A stretch of 63,929 nucleotides of DNA, counting the filler, from an uncultured bacterium (GTDB lineage: Bacteria > DAOPZR01): the NCBI GenBank assembly GCA_964637655.1. It is 5 parts of 5 records of this genome, joined end to end, with 100 filler letters (N's around TTAATTAATTAA, not from the genome) between each part and the next. Parts side by side here need not be neighbours in the genome. Positions count along the whole stretch, not along the records: positions 41,596 to 55,304 come from CAZWUZ010000076.1; 4 more parts are not named here. One strand, written 5' to 3'. The translations under genes and the position numbers were made by a program. Of this stretch, positions 42,527-53,600 are shown piece by piece. The number at the start of each line of letters is the position of its first letter. Position 1 is the first letter of the stretch. The notes under the pieces are model-generated. The model worked only from the letters and a program-made list of their open reading frames with translations. It ran no database searches and was not told the origin of the DNA.

Positions 42527-45500
42527 TTGGTCAAAAAGTCGTCAGGAATATTGCGCAGGGGTTGGTGTGTTCTATTTCTCGTGATAGGCGTATCGACAGC
42601 ATGTTTACTTCCGGCAAGTTCCGCGTATGCGTGGACAGATACCGGCAGCAGTACAATATACGTTTTCCCTACCGGGAACGGGACGTTGCCGATAGCGGCT
42701 GACACGACAACTGCATGTACGTCAATTACACAAGCGATAGCGCTGGCCAATCCGGCAAACGGCATGGACACTATAGTTGTTTACAGCAAACCAGGCGGGG
42801 CTTCATATTGGGAGACATTTATCGTTGATACCGGGATGGCGGTTGTTTCTTATCGTTTCTTGCATGGCAGTGACACAGGTGGTGGTCCGGATACCTGGCC
42901 ACTCATAGCCAACACAGCCGACAGCATTATCACCATGAAATATCAGAGTTCCCTTTCCGGATTCGTTGTCGATGGCACAGATACTTCATTGCCAAGCAAA
43001 CAGGCAATAGTCATCAAGTCTGACAACGTGACCATTACTCAGGTTAGAGTGACCGGAAGATGGTATGGAATTTACATGGCCGGCGCGCGTTTCGGGAGTA
43101 TCAGCAATGTAGAATATCATAACACAAAGTACGGACTGTTTATGCTCGGAGGCAGTGACAGCAATGTGATATCCGGAAATTATGCGCATGATAACGGGGA
43201 ATATGGAATGTACTTATGCGCTAATTCCGGCAATATAGTTTCTGGCTGCACAATCACCAGAAATGGCTCGTATGGTTTCTATGCAGACACCATTTCGGCA
43301 ACAGTCATCACCGGAAATACATGCCGACAGAACTCAGACGCTGGAATGGCATTGCTGACTTCACATGATAACCTGGTGTTGGGGAATGTTCTTGAATACA
43401 ACGACTATGGTTTGCTGTTATCGTCAACGGATCGAACACAAGTACGGGGAAACCGTATTGCGGCTAGCCGCACGCATGGATTGGGAATTTGGGGGGGGAA
43501 GAGCAACGATGTTGCCTGCAATGATTTTGACTCCAACGCACAATACGCATATGCTTTCTCCAATCCGGCGCAGGCGGATACATTTGTCAAGAACAATATC
43601 CGCTTGGTTACACCGAATACAGATAGCGGCGTATGGGCGGCAGCCACCGGATGGACATTCGACGGCCGACGCAACTACTTTTTTACGAGCGATTCAGCAG
43701 GTGTTGCTGCTGCGATAGACGGAGGGGCGCGTGATTCATTTGTGCGTATACCTTTTCGGCTCGGACGGGTGGACACGGCGCCGTATGCCGACACCATCGC
43801 CCCGGCGGCGCCGGCGAATGTGTGGGCGGACACGGCCGGCGGCATCATCACGCTGCGCTGGTCGGCGGCGAGCACCAACGAGGAAATCGGCGGCGCACTG
43901 ACCGACCTGGCGGGCTATCGCATTTATCGTAGCGCGCTTGCGAACCCAAGCAACTGGGGCATCCCCGTCGGGAGTACGGCGGCGGGGGATACGGATTTCA
44001 CGGACAGTATTGCCCACGGCCGCTACTATTACCGGGTGACTGCCTACGACAACCACAGCCCGTGGGAAAACGAGTCGTGGTATTCGCTGACTGCCGTGGC
44101 GCTGCTCAACGATGCGCCGACAGCCAATGCGGGGAGTGACACCATTGCCGGGCTGACCGCGTTTGTGCTCAACGGCAGTGCGTCCACCGACACGAACGGT
44201 GACACGCTCGCGTATGCCTGGACGCAACTCAGCGGGCCGGATAGCGCGGGCATCGCTGGTTTCGCTGCGGCGGTGGCGACGGTAATCTCCGGGGTGATAC
44301 CGGGAACCTATGTCTTCCAGCTGACGGTCACTGATTCGCTGGGGGCGTCGGCGATTGACACGGTGAGCGTTATTGCTATGGACAGCGCCCCGCCGGCGTG
44401 CGGCAGCACCGCGGTAGTCATCAATGGCGACACGCCGGTCACGACATCGGCAGCGGTGACCCTGACCATCAGCAGCGACACGCTGGCCTATCAGATGCGC
44501 ATCGGCAGTGATTCAGCATTTACCGGAAGCAGCTGGGAAACCTACACGACGAGCAAAGCGTGGCCGCTGGGTGACACCAACGGCGTGCGCGAGGTCTGGG
44601 TGCAGTTCCGCAACTACTTCGGCATCGTTTCGGGTGTTGATTTCGACACCATCACGCTCGACACCCGGGTGGCGGATTCGGCGTCGGTTCAGGTGATGGC
44701 TGACGGCAGCGAAACGTCGGTGGTGTCGGGGGTCAACATCACGCTGCGCCTGACGCTGGCGGCCGGGACCGACACGGGCGGGCTGCTGTACATCGTGCGC
44801 GAGTTTTCCGGCACGGAAGGCGCCACCTGGCAGAACTGGCCGGCCACGGACAGTATCGCTTTTGTTTTGAGCCCGGGCGCTGATACCAAGACCCTGTACC
44901 TGACCATCCGCGATGCGTACGGTAACCTGCTGGTCGATACCACGCAGGTGAAACTGGTCGCGGTACCGACGCCGGTCAGCAATTTCATCGGGCAGGCACT
45001 TAACGGAGGCAGTGTACTGCTGACGTGGAACCATTCCACTGCGGCGGATCGCGACACGTATGTCATCTACATGAGCGGAGCGGGGGGCACACTCGGGTAT
45101 GACACGGTCATCGCGCAACTTGATGCCACCTTGACCCAGTATGAGACCGGGCCGTTCCCTGCGGGTGACAGTTATACGTTCGGCATCCGCGTCATCGGCA
45201 GCAGCGGAGCCATGGAACAGAATACCGACCGTCAGGTGACGGTGACCGTGGTTGCAGACACCAGCAACCTGACCGCGGTCATTTTCAATCCGCAGGCCGG
45301 CAGAAACTTCGGCGGTGACGTCTGCGAAGTGCATGCGCGGCTGCAGGGTGATCAGTCGGGGCACACGAATATCCGGATGCTTTTCCAGTATCGCCCTGCG
45401 GGCGGGGCGTGGCTCAACATGTCGCCGACGGCGAACAGCAGTGCGCATCGCCCCAACCCGGCGTACCCGAACGGCAATTCCGGGCAGGCGAGTGTGCACT

Positions 45501-46309
45501 GGGATATCAGCGCCCTTGCCTCCGGGGCATATGCCTTGCGCGCGGTGGTGCTCAGCGACAAGCCGTATGCCGACTCGACCCCGGGCGAAATCGGGGTGAC
45601 CATCGACAAGGTGAACCCGTCGTCGGTGCAGGGAGTCAACAGCAACGGCAACAAGTTCGGGACGGAGAAGGTCGACAACGGTGAGACGAGCGCACTGACG
45701 CTGCAGGACCCGGCGGATACCGGCGATTACGGGGTGACGCTGCCGGCCGGGGCGCTGAACAGCAATACCACGGTCAAACTGGTCATCTACGATGATTCGC
45801 GCGCGGGGTTTGCCGGGGCAAACCGCCGGCAATTTGACACTGGCGGCGCGGTGCTGGAAATCACCCTCGACAACGGGCAGACGCAACTCAACGACACGGT
45901 GATTATCACCATCCCGTACACGGACAACAACAATGACAGCATCATCGACGGGACGCGCGTGCGTCTGTCACTGGCGACCCTCCTGTATTGGAACGGGAAC
46001 ATCTGGCAGGCGGTACCGCGCGGCAATGTGACCATCGATGCGGCGCGCAAGGTGTTCCTCGCCTATGTGCGGCATTTCAGCAAGTTTGCCACCGGCAAGG
46101 AGTTTCTCGGCGGCGACCTCGGGTCAGGCATGGGCGACGACATCCCGGACGGACATGTCAACCTCAACGATCTGGGCAAGTTCAACGGGGCATTCGGTAC
46201 GGCGCGCGGGCATGGGCGTTTTCGCGATGATGCGGATGTCAATGCCGACGGCTTGATCAACGAAGAGGATGTGTTCGAAGTTGGACGCACCTACGGTACG
46301 GTTCCATAA
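42527..46309 (+). CDS. Large secreted/surface protein: NosD-like beta-helix, FN3, PKD/Ig, HFS motif domain, dockerin-like tail
   Basis: Signal-like segment after TTG 42527; N...GN...N..YG repeats; LAGYRIYRS, YYYRVTAYD; PTANAGSD; VRHFSKFA; DGHVNLNDL...DVNADGLINEEDV. Confidence 0.8.
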   Translation: MVKKSSGILRRGWCVLFLVIGVSTACLLPASSAYAWTDTGSSTIYVFPTGNGTLPIAADTTTACTSITQAIALANPANGMDTIVVYSKPGGASYWETFIVDTGMAVVSYRFLHGSDTGGGPDTWPLIANTADSIITMKYQSSLSGFVVDGTDTSLPSKQAIVIKSDNVTITQVRVTGRWYGIYMAGARFGSISNVEYHNTKYGLFMLGGSDSNVISGNYAHDNGEYGMYLCANSGNIVSGCTITRNGSYGFYADTISATVITGNTCRQNSDAGMALLTSHDNLVLGNVLEYNDYGLLLSSTDRTQVRGNRIAASRTHGLGIWGGKSNDVACNDFDSNAQYAYAFSNPAQADTFVKNNIRLVTPNTDSGVWAAATGWTFDGRRNYFFTSDSAGVAAAIDGGARDSFVRIPFRLGRVDTAPYADTIAPAAPANVWADTAGGIITLRWSAASTNEEIGGALTDLAGYRIYRSALANPSNWGIPVGSTAAGDTDFTDSIAHGRYYYRVTAYDNHSPWENESWYSLTAVALLNDAPTANAGSDTIAGLTAFVLNGSASTDTNGDTLAYAWTQLSGPDSAGIAGFAAAVATVISGVIPGTYVFQLTVTDSLGASAIDTVSVIAMDSAPPACGSTAVVINGDTPVTTSAAVTLTISSDTLAYQMRIGSDSAFTGSSWETYTTSKAWPLGDTNGVREVWVQFRNYFGIVSGVDFDTITLDTRVADSASVQVMADGSETSVVSGVNITLRLTLAAGTDTGGLLYIVREFSGTEGATWQNWPATDSIAFVLSPGADTKTLYLTIRDAYGNLLVDTTQVKLVAVPTPVSNFIGQALNGGSVLLTWNHSTAADRDTYVIYMSGAGGTLGYDTVIAQLDATLTQYETGPFPAGDSYTFGIRVIGSSGAMEQNTDRQVTVTVVADTSNLTAVIFNPQAGRNFGGDVCEVHARLQGDQSGHTNIRMLFQYRPAGGAWLNMSPTANSSAHRPNPAYPNGNSGQASVHWDISALASGAYALRAVVLSDKPYADSTPGEIGVTIDKVNPSSVQGVNSNGNKFGTEKVDNGETSALTLQDPADTGDYGVTLPAGALNSNTTVKLVIYDDSRAGFAGANRRQFDTGGAVLEITLDNGQTQLNDTVIITIPYTDNNNDSIIDGTRVRLSLATLLYWNGNIWQAVPRGNVTIDAARKVFLAYVRHFSKFATGKEFLGGDLGSGMGDDIPDGHVNLNDLGKFNGAFGTARGHGRFRDDADVNADGLINEEDVFEVGRTYGTVP

Positions 46310-46314
46310 GCACC

Positions 46315-47538
46315 ATGCGCAAAGCGGTCGTCACCATGTTTCACCGGTGCAACTATGCGTGCGGGTTCTGCTATCTGCAGCCGCGCAACCGCATGGGTGA
46401 CCTCGGGCCGCTCGGCACGCGGGACGGGATGCGCGCGCTGGGCGATTTGTTTGCACGGTATGGTGAGTGGGAACTACACCTGACGGGCGGCGAACCATCC
46501 ATTCATCCCGAGTTTTTTGCGGTCTGCCGCGAACTGACGGAACGGCATGTGCTGTCGCTTTCAACCAACCTCTCTTTCGATGTCGCGTTCTTTCTGCGTG
46601 CGGTCCCGGCAACACGGATAGTGAGTGTCTCGGCGACGCTGCAGCCCGAGGGTGAGCGCGACCTCGAAGGCTTCATTGCAAAACTGCACCTGCTACGCGA
46701 AGCAGGAATCGTCTGCGCGGCAGCGTATGTGGCGACGCCGGAACGCCTCCCCGGGCTGCCCGAACTCATGGCACGATTCCGTGAAGAGCGAATACCGCTT
46801 TGCGTGCAGGCGCTTAACGGGGAGTACCGGGGGAAAAAATTTCCGGCCGCGTACATCGAGGAGGAACAACAAGTCATCCGCGACCATTCAATCCTTTATA
46901 TCTCGCCGCTGCTGCTTGATCTCGACCAGAAAAGTCATCCGCATGGTGAACCGTGCGGGGCCGGCTGTTCGCGGGTCATCGTTGACGGGATGACGGGCAC
47001 CATACGCCCCTGCGCACATCTTCCCGCCATCGGCGACCTGCAGACGGGAAAACTGCGTCTGTTGTCAAAACCGCTGCACTGTCCCGTGGGGGAATGCATC
47101 TGCGAATTGAACGACACGCTGCAGCAGTTTCACGAGGAGCGGCTGGCCCACCATTATGCGGTGCAGACGGCAATTACTGCGGCCGAGTGGCATGATTTTG
47201 TGGCGATGGCAACACGCAACCGCGATTGGCGCGGGCAGGTGCTGTCTATGTTGACAGAGGCACAACCGCGTCCGTTGTGGGTCTGGGGGACGGGGATGGC
47301 GGCACGACAATGGCTGCCGCTGTTGCAGGAAAAAGGATTGCAGGTTGCCGGTTTTGTGGCGGGAGCAGCAGGAGAGGCGTCGCCGCTGCCGGATGTGCCG
47401 GTTGCTGCACCGGAAACACTGCGTGCCATGCGCGGGACGGTGAAACCGTATCTGCTTGTGGCATCGAATCATGCGCATGAAATTGCAGCAACACTTGAAG
47501 AGTACGGATGGCGGTGGCGGGAAGATTACTGCTACTAA
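46315..47538 (+). CDS. Radical SAM protein with Cys-rich segment and Rossmann-like C-terminal domain
   Basis: CNYACGFC, LTGGEPS, C..G...C...C...C.C; LWVWGTG...LLVASNH. Confidence 0.85.
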   Translation: MRKAVVTMFHRCNYACGFCYLQPRNRMGDLGPLGTRDGMRALGDLFARYGEWELHLTGGEPSIHPEFFAVCRELTERHVLSLSTNLSFDVAFFLRAVPATRIVSVSATLQPEGERDLEGFIAKLHLLREAGIVCAAAYVATPERLPGLPELMARFREERIPLCVQALNGEYRGKKFPAAYIEEEQQVIRDHSILYISPLLLDLDQKSHPHGEPCGAGCSRVIVDGMTGTIRPCAHLPAIGDLQTGKLRLLSKPLHCPVGECICELNDTLQQFHEERLAHHYAVQTAITAAEWHDFVAMATRNRDWRGQVLSMLTEAQPRPLWVWGTGMAARQWLPLLQEKGLQVAGFVAGAAGEASPLPDVPVAAPETLRAMRGTVKPYLLVASNHAHEIAATLEEYGWRWREDYCY

Positions 47539-47581
47539 GCAGAACCCATTAGCAAACAAAACAATTGTAAAAAAGAATACA

Positions 47582-47611
47582 TTGACGGGCATGCTCCTGG
47601 CGTGGTACAAT
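47582..47611 (+). promoter_or_regulatory. Putative sigma70 promoter
   Basis: TTGACG-N18-TACAAT with extended TG and A-rich upstream tract. Confidence 0.55.
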
Positions 47612-47643
47612 CCATGTATATTGGGTCGGGAGGGCGTGTTCCC

Positions 47644-50600
47644 ATGCGCTATGCAATCCTGTTTATCGTATCTGCAATTCTGCTGGTGGCGTGGCCGGTT
47701 GCCGCGGCGGAATACTACGTCAACGACGCCGACACGACGGCGGACATATACTGCAGTGCCATCGGCAACGATGGCAACAGCGGCATGGCGGCGGATTCCC
47801 CCTTCGCCACCATCAATCAGGCATTGACGCTGGCCGGCCCCATGGACACGATTTACATCGATGCGGGCACCTATGCGGACACCGTGCTCGTCAATGTCAA
47901 CGGGGTTATCCTGCAGGGCGCGGACCGCACGCTGACGTTCATCGACCTGGGCGATTCGGCCAGTGCGTGGGCGGTCGGCATCACGCTGAACACCAGCGGC
48001 ATCACGCTGCTCGACCTGACGGTGCAGAACTGCCACACCGGCGTGGTGCTCAACCAGGCCATGTATGCGCGGGTCGAACGGGTGAAGGTCTGGGATTGCG
48101 GCACGACCGGCATGCAGGTGCAGGCGGGGAGCGACAACGCGGTGCTTGACGGAGTCACGGTGCAGAACATCGGGGGCCTCGGCATCGAAGTGACGTCCTG
48201 CACGGCCGTCGTCATTAGCACCAGCAACGTGCTGGGGACGGGCAATGATGCCATCAGTTTGACGGCCGCGGTCGGCTGCACCGTGGCGGGGAACATGGTC
48301 AGCGGCAGCGGGTCGAACGGCATCGGGGTGTACGGCGGCGCGAACAACGCGCTGAGCGGTAACAGCGTCATGGCCGGCAGTGATGTCGGTATTGCCCTCT
48401 GCGCCACCGCCACTACGCTGGTGGAAAACAACACCCTGACGGGCAACCTGCAGGGGCTGCTGGCCGAACTGTCGGACAATAACCTGGTCCGCCACAATTT
48501 GATCAGCAACAACACGATGCTGGGTGTGGCCGACACGGGGAGTTTCGGCAACTTCTATTATGCGAACGACCTGACCGGCAACGACAGCGGGCAGTTCTAT
48601 ATCGACGGGATGAGCACCTGCACGGCGACCGCCAACAATATCGGGCTGGGCGGCGATGTGCGCGCCGTGGTGATGAGTGCGGGCGGCCCGCTCGGGTTCC
48701 AGCGCAATTACTGGGGGACGGCGGACGAGAGCAGCATCGCCATGCAAATCGGCGGCGGCGCGGCAGGACAGCTGCAGTGGCAGCCGTACCGTCTCGATGC
48801 AGCCGACACGACGCCGGGCGCTGACGTGGTGGCGCCGGGAATACCCGCCGGCCTGGCTGCCGACACGCCGACCCCCGGGTCCGTAACGCTGTCGTGGAAC
48901 GAAGTGGTGCTCAACGAGGACGGCGGTGCATGCAGCGACCTGGCCGCCTATCACCTCTACCGCACGGGCGACTCGCCGACGACCAACTGGCGGGGGGCGT
49001 TCCATGCCGCAGTCGGCACGGAGACCACCTACGTCGACACCATGGTCGTCCCCGGCATGACCTATCGCTACCGCGTGACCGCGGTCGATAATCACAATCC
49101 GTACGCCAACGAGAGTTTCTTCAGCGACACTATCGTGGTCATCGCGGCTGCGGCCAGCGACACCATGGCGCTGGCGTTTGTCGACGCGACCTACACGACG
49201 CCGGTGTCGTCGTACGCGGCGGGCGACACCGCCTATCTCAAACTGCTGGCGCCGATGGTCGATCTCGACGCGGGCGCCTATGACAGCGTGGCGCTGCGCG
49301 TGCGCAATGTGAGCACCGGCGATTCCGACTGGGTGGTCGTGGTTGAGACGGGGCTGAGCAGCGGCATCTTCTGCGGCAGTTTCCGCCTCGCGCCGGCAGA
49401 CAGCATCCCGGGGAACGGCGTGGTGGCGGCTGATTCCGGCCAGGTGCTGGTGGCTGACACCGGTGGAGCGGGGCAGGTTACGGACAGCGTGTTCATCACG
49501 GCGGGGGCACCCTCGACGGCGGGACCGAATGTCTGGTATGTCAACGACACCGATGTGGCGGGCGACGTCTTCTGCAGTGTGGCGGGTGACAGCGGTTACA
49601 ACGGCCTGTCCCCGACCAGTCCGCACAGTTCGCTGACGTATGTGCTGGCGCACGTCGATGCGGGCGATACGGTCTACCTTGATGCCGGGTACTATTACGG
49701 CAACTGGACGCTTGCCACCCCGTATGTGTCGCTGGTTGGCGCTGACTCGACGGCCACCGTGCTCGTCGGGTCGGGGGCGTTTGACGTGCTGTATGTGAGC
49801 GGCTGCACCGGACCGGTGCTGATGAACTTGCGCGTAGCCAACGCCATGGGCGGGTACCACGGCCTGACGCTGAACGGTTGTGCCGTCGCCTATCTCGAGG
49901 GGATCAGCGCGACGGGTAACGGCGGCAACGGCATTCGCCTGCAGAACGGTTCAAACAACGCCACCCTTACCGGCTGTGCGCTCACCGGCAACGGCGGTCC
50001 CGGGCTGGGGTTGAGCGCCTGCAACAACGTGGCGGTTTCCTACAGCATGTTTTACGGCAACCAGTACGGCATTTCGGCGACCAGCGCCGACGGTCTGCTG
50101 GCCGACTTCAACCGCATCGACAGCAGTTCCATGAACGGCATCGACCTGCCGGCGGGGAGTGACAGCGCGGCCATCACTGCCAATGTCATTGTCGGGAGCG
50201 GCAACTGCGGCATCAGTGGCGCCCCCTACGCCGAAATCAGCGGCAATACGTTTGCCGGCAATATGAAGGGAATCGATGCGGGGCAGGGGGCGAACATCAG
50301 GGGCAATCTGTTCAGCGGCAACACCTACGGCTTGTACGTCATGGCGTCGGAGGTGGTGGCCGAGGCCAATGAGTTCGGGGCCAACTCGGTGGCAGGGATC
50401 TACCTGACCGGGACACCCGCAGGCCTTGCCCTGCAGCGCAACAACGTGGCGGGCGACACGGTTATTTGCAACGCCAGCGGCAGTCACAATCTCACCCGCA
50501 ACTGGTGGGGGACCGTCGACACCGGCGTGCTGAGCGCCCGGATTCAGGGCGGGATGGCGCACAATGTCCAGTACCTGCCGTTCCGCTTCCAGCCCATCGA

Positions 50601-53600
50601 CACGGCGCCGGCGGCGGACCGTGTCGCCCCGGCGGCGCCCGACACCATCGTCGCGTACGCGCCCGACACGGAGAGCATTCGTGTCAGTTGGGCGGCGGTG
50701 ACCCAGGACGAGGATTCGCTGGGGGCCTGCGGCGACCTCAACAGCTACCGTCTCTGGCGGCAGGTGCAGGGGGAGACGTCGTGGACGGAAGTGACTATGG
50801 TCGGCGCGGGGACGGAATTCTACGACGACTATGCGGTGTCGACCGGCCTCACCTACCGCTACCGGGTGACGGCGTTTGACTACGCGGCCCCGTACCCGAA
50901 CGAGTCGTGGTACAGCAGCATCGCGGCCGCAATGCTGCCGGTCGACACGGGGGGGGCGAACCTCTGGTATGTCAACGACGCATCGCTGGCCAGCGACGTC
51001 TTCTGCACCGCCATCGGCAACGACCTGAACAGCGGACTCAGTGCCGACCTGCCGAAACTGACCCTCGCGGCGGTGCTTGCCTTACTGTCGCCGGGCGACA
51101 CGGTCTATATTGACAACGGCAGCCATACCGCCAATGCCAGCATCCCGGTTTCCGGGGTTGCGCTGGTCGGCGCTGATCCGGCCATGACCACGCTCAGCGG
51201 CTGGCTGGCGGTGGACACGCAGAGCAGCGTGTATCTCGCCAATTTCTGCGTTGTGTACGGCGGCATCAGTTTCTACAACGTCACCACCAGCACCATCAGC
51301 AACGTGCAGACGACCTCATGCGACATCGGCATCTGGGTGATCGGCGGCAGCGGCAACACCATCACCGGCTGCCTCGGCATGGACGATACCGTGGGCATCC
51401 GGCTGGACGGGAGCACGGGGAACCTGCTGGCCGGCAACCGGATGAATCTCGGCTTCAGCAGCGGGTATGTCCTGACCAGCAGCAGCAACAACCTGCTGCT
51501 TGGGAACAGCGCGCAGGGGAATACCCAGTACGGATTCAGTGATTCGCAGGGGGTCGGCAACATTGTTACGGCCAACGATGCGTATGGCAACGGCGTACAG
51601 TATGCACAGATGGGGGCCAACAGCAACATCTGGCGCAAGAACAATCTCGGCGGCGCCAACGGTGTCTACTGTGATGCGGCTGCGGCCCCGCTCGATTTCA
51701 CGCAGAACTGGTGGTCGACGACGGACACGGCGGCCATTATGTCCTTGCGCAGCGGGTCGGGAGCCAGCGGTATCGTCTATGCGCCATTCCGGCTCAGCGC
51801 GGTCGACACCGCGCCGGGCGCCGATACCGTGGCGCCGCAGCAGGTGACGGGCGTGCTGCTGACCGGCAACGAGACGTCGGTGACCGTGCAGTGGGACTAC
51901 CCGTCGCTGGACGAGGAAGGCAACGGGCTCGGCGACCTCGCCGGCTACCGCATCTGGCGCAGCACGGGCGGCTCCTGGATGCTGCTGGGCGACGCGCCGG
52001 ACTGGGCCACGGACTTTACGGACACCACGGCCAGCCACGCCGTCGGGGGCTACTACCGCGTCGCCGCGTACGACAATGCGACGCAAAAGAATATCGGCTG
52101 GTACTCCACGCCGGCCGGGCCGTCCGCGCCCAACCGCGCCCCGGTGGCGGTCATCACCGGCGACAGCATCGCCGGCAGTGATTCGCTGGTGCTCTCCGCG
52201 GTGGCCTCGGGTGACAGCGATGCGGACGCCCTGTCCTACTACTGGTGGATCGAGTGGGGTTCGCCCGGGACGCTGACCTCCCCGAACGCCAGCATGACGA
52301 CCTGCACGGGGATGGCTGCCGGCTGGTACGCGTTCGGCCTGAGCGTCAGCGACAGTTATGGGGGCAGCGACACGACCTACCATTACGTCGATGTCTTCGA
52401 TGCGACGGTACCGGACACTCCGACGCTGTCAATCAACTACGACGAACAATATGCCACCAGCGAAACGGTCACGCTCTCCATCAGTCCGGCGCCGGGGCAG
52501 GAACAGTATGTCTGCTACATGAAGATCGGGACCGACCCGGCGCTGACCACGGGCGTATGGGAACCGTTTGCGTACCTGAAGGAATGGGGCATCGCCGGGG
52601 GCGACGGCGACCGCTACCTGTATGTTGCGCTCGGCAACCTGTTCCATGCGCAATCGGGGGCGGCGGCTGACAGCATCATTCTCGACCGTGTCGCGCCGGC
52701 CGCCGTGACCATCAATGCCGATACGCTGATCGTTGCCGACCCGGCCACGACGCCGGTGAACCTGACGTTTGCCACGTCGGACAGCCATGCGACCGTGACC
52801 ATGCGCTATGCCGACGCGCAGTATGTCAACGGCTGGTACTGGAGCGAATGGACCGACAGCGCGGTGCATTGGGTTGACCCGTATGGTGACACCCAGCAGG
52901 TGGTGGAACTGCAGGTGCAGGACGCCGCCGGCAACATTGCCAGCGACAGCATTGTGCTGACCATCACCGCCCTGAACTATCCGCAGCCGGCGTCCGGGTT
53001 CTACGGCTACGGGACGGACGGGGGCGTTGCGGAACTGTTCTGGAACGGCTCGTACTCGACCAACGTGGCCGCCTATTTGCTGTACAGCGACAGCGCGACG
53101 GGGACAATGAACTACGCTACGCCGCTGGCCGTGCTCGGCAGCGGGGCGCGGGCGTACACCGTCAGCGGCCTGGTGCCCGACACGATGTATGTGTTCGGGC
53201 TGCGCGTGGTCGACACCGACAGCGACGCGGAGCAGAACCAGCATGTGCTCGCCTGGGTGCAGACGTTCGGCACGACGACGAACCGCGTCTACGCGTATGT
53301 TGATTACCCCATTCCGGGGATGAGCATCAACGGCATCGTGCCGGTGCAGGCGCTGGTGGACGGCGACCTGTCCGGCGGGGCGGAAGTGCTGTTCCAGTAC
53401 CGCGCCGCAAACACCGCCAACCCGTGGACCGCCATCGGCAACATCGTCGACAGCCCGCCGTACATGACCTCGTGGAACACGACGGGACTGGCGGACGGCG
53501 ATTACGAACTGCAGGCGGTGGCGCGGCGGCAGTCGAACCATGCCGACGCCGACCAGTATCCGGCATCGGTGATCATCACCAAGTCGGGCGCCAACGCCGC

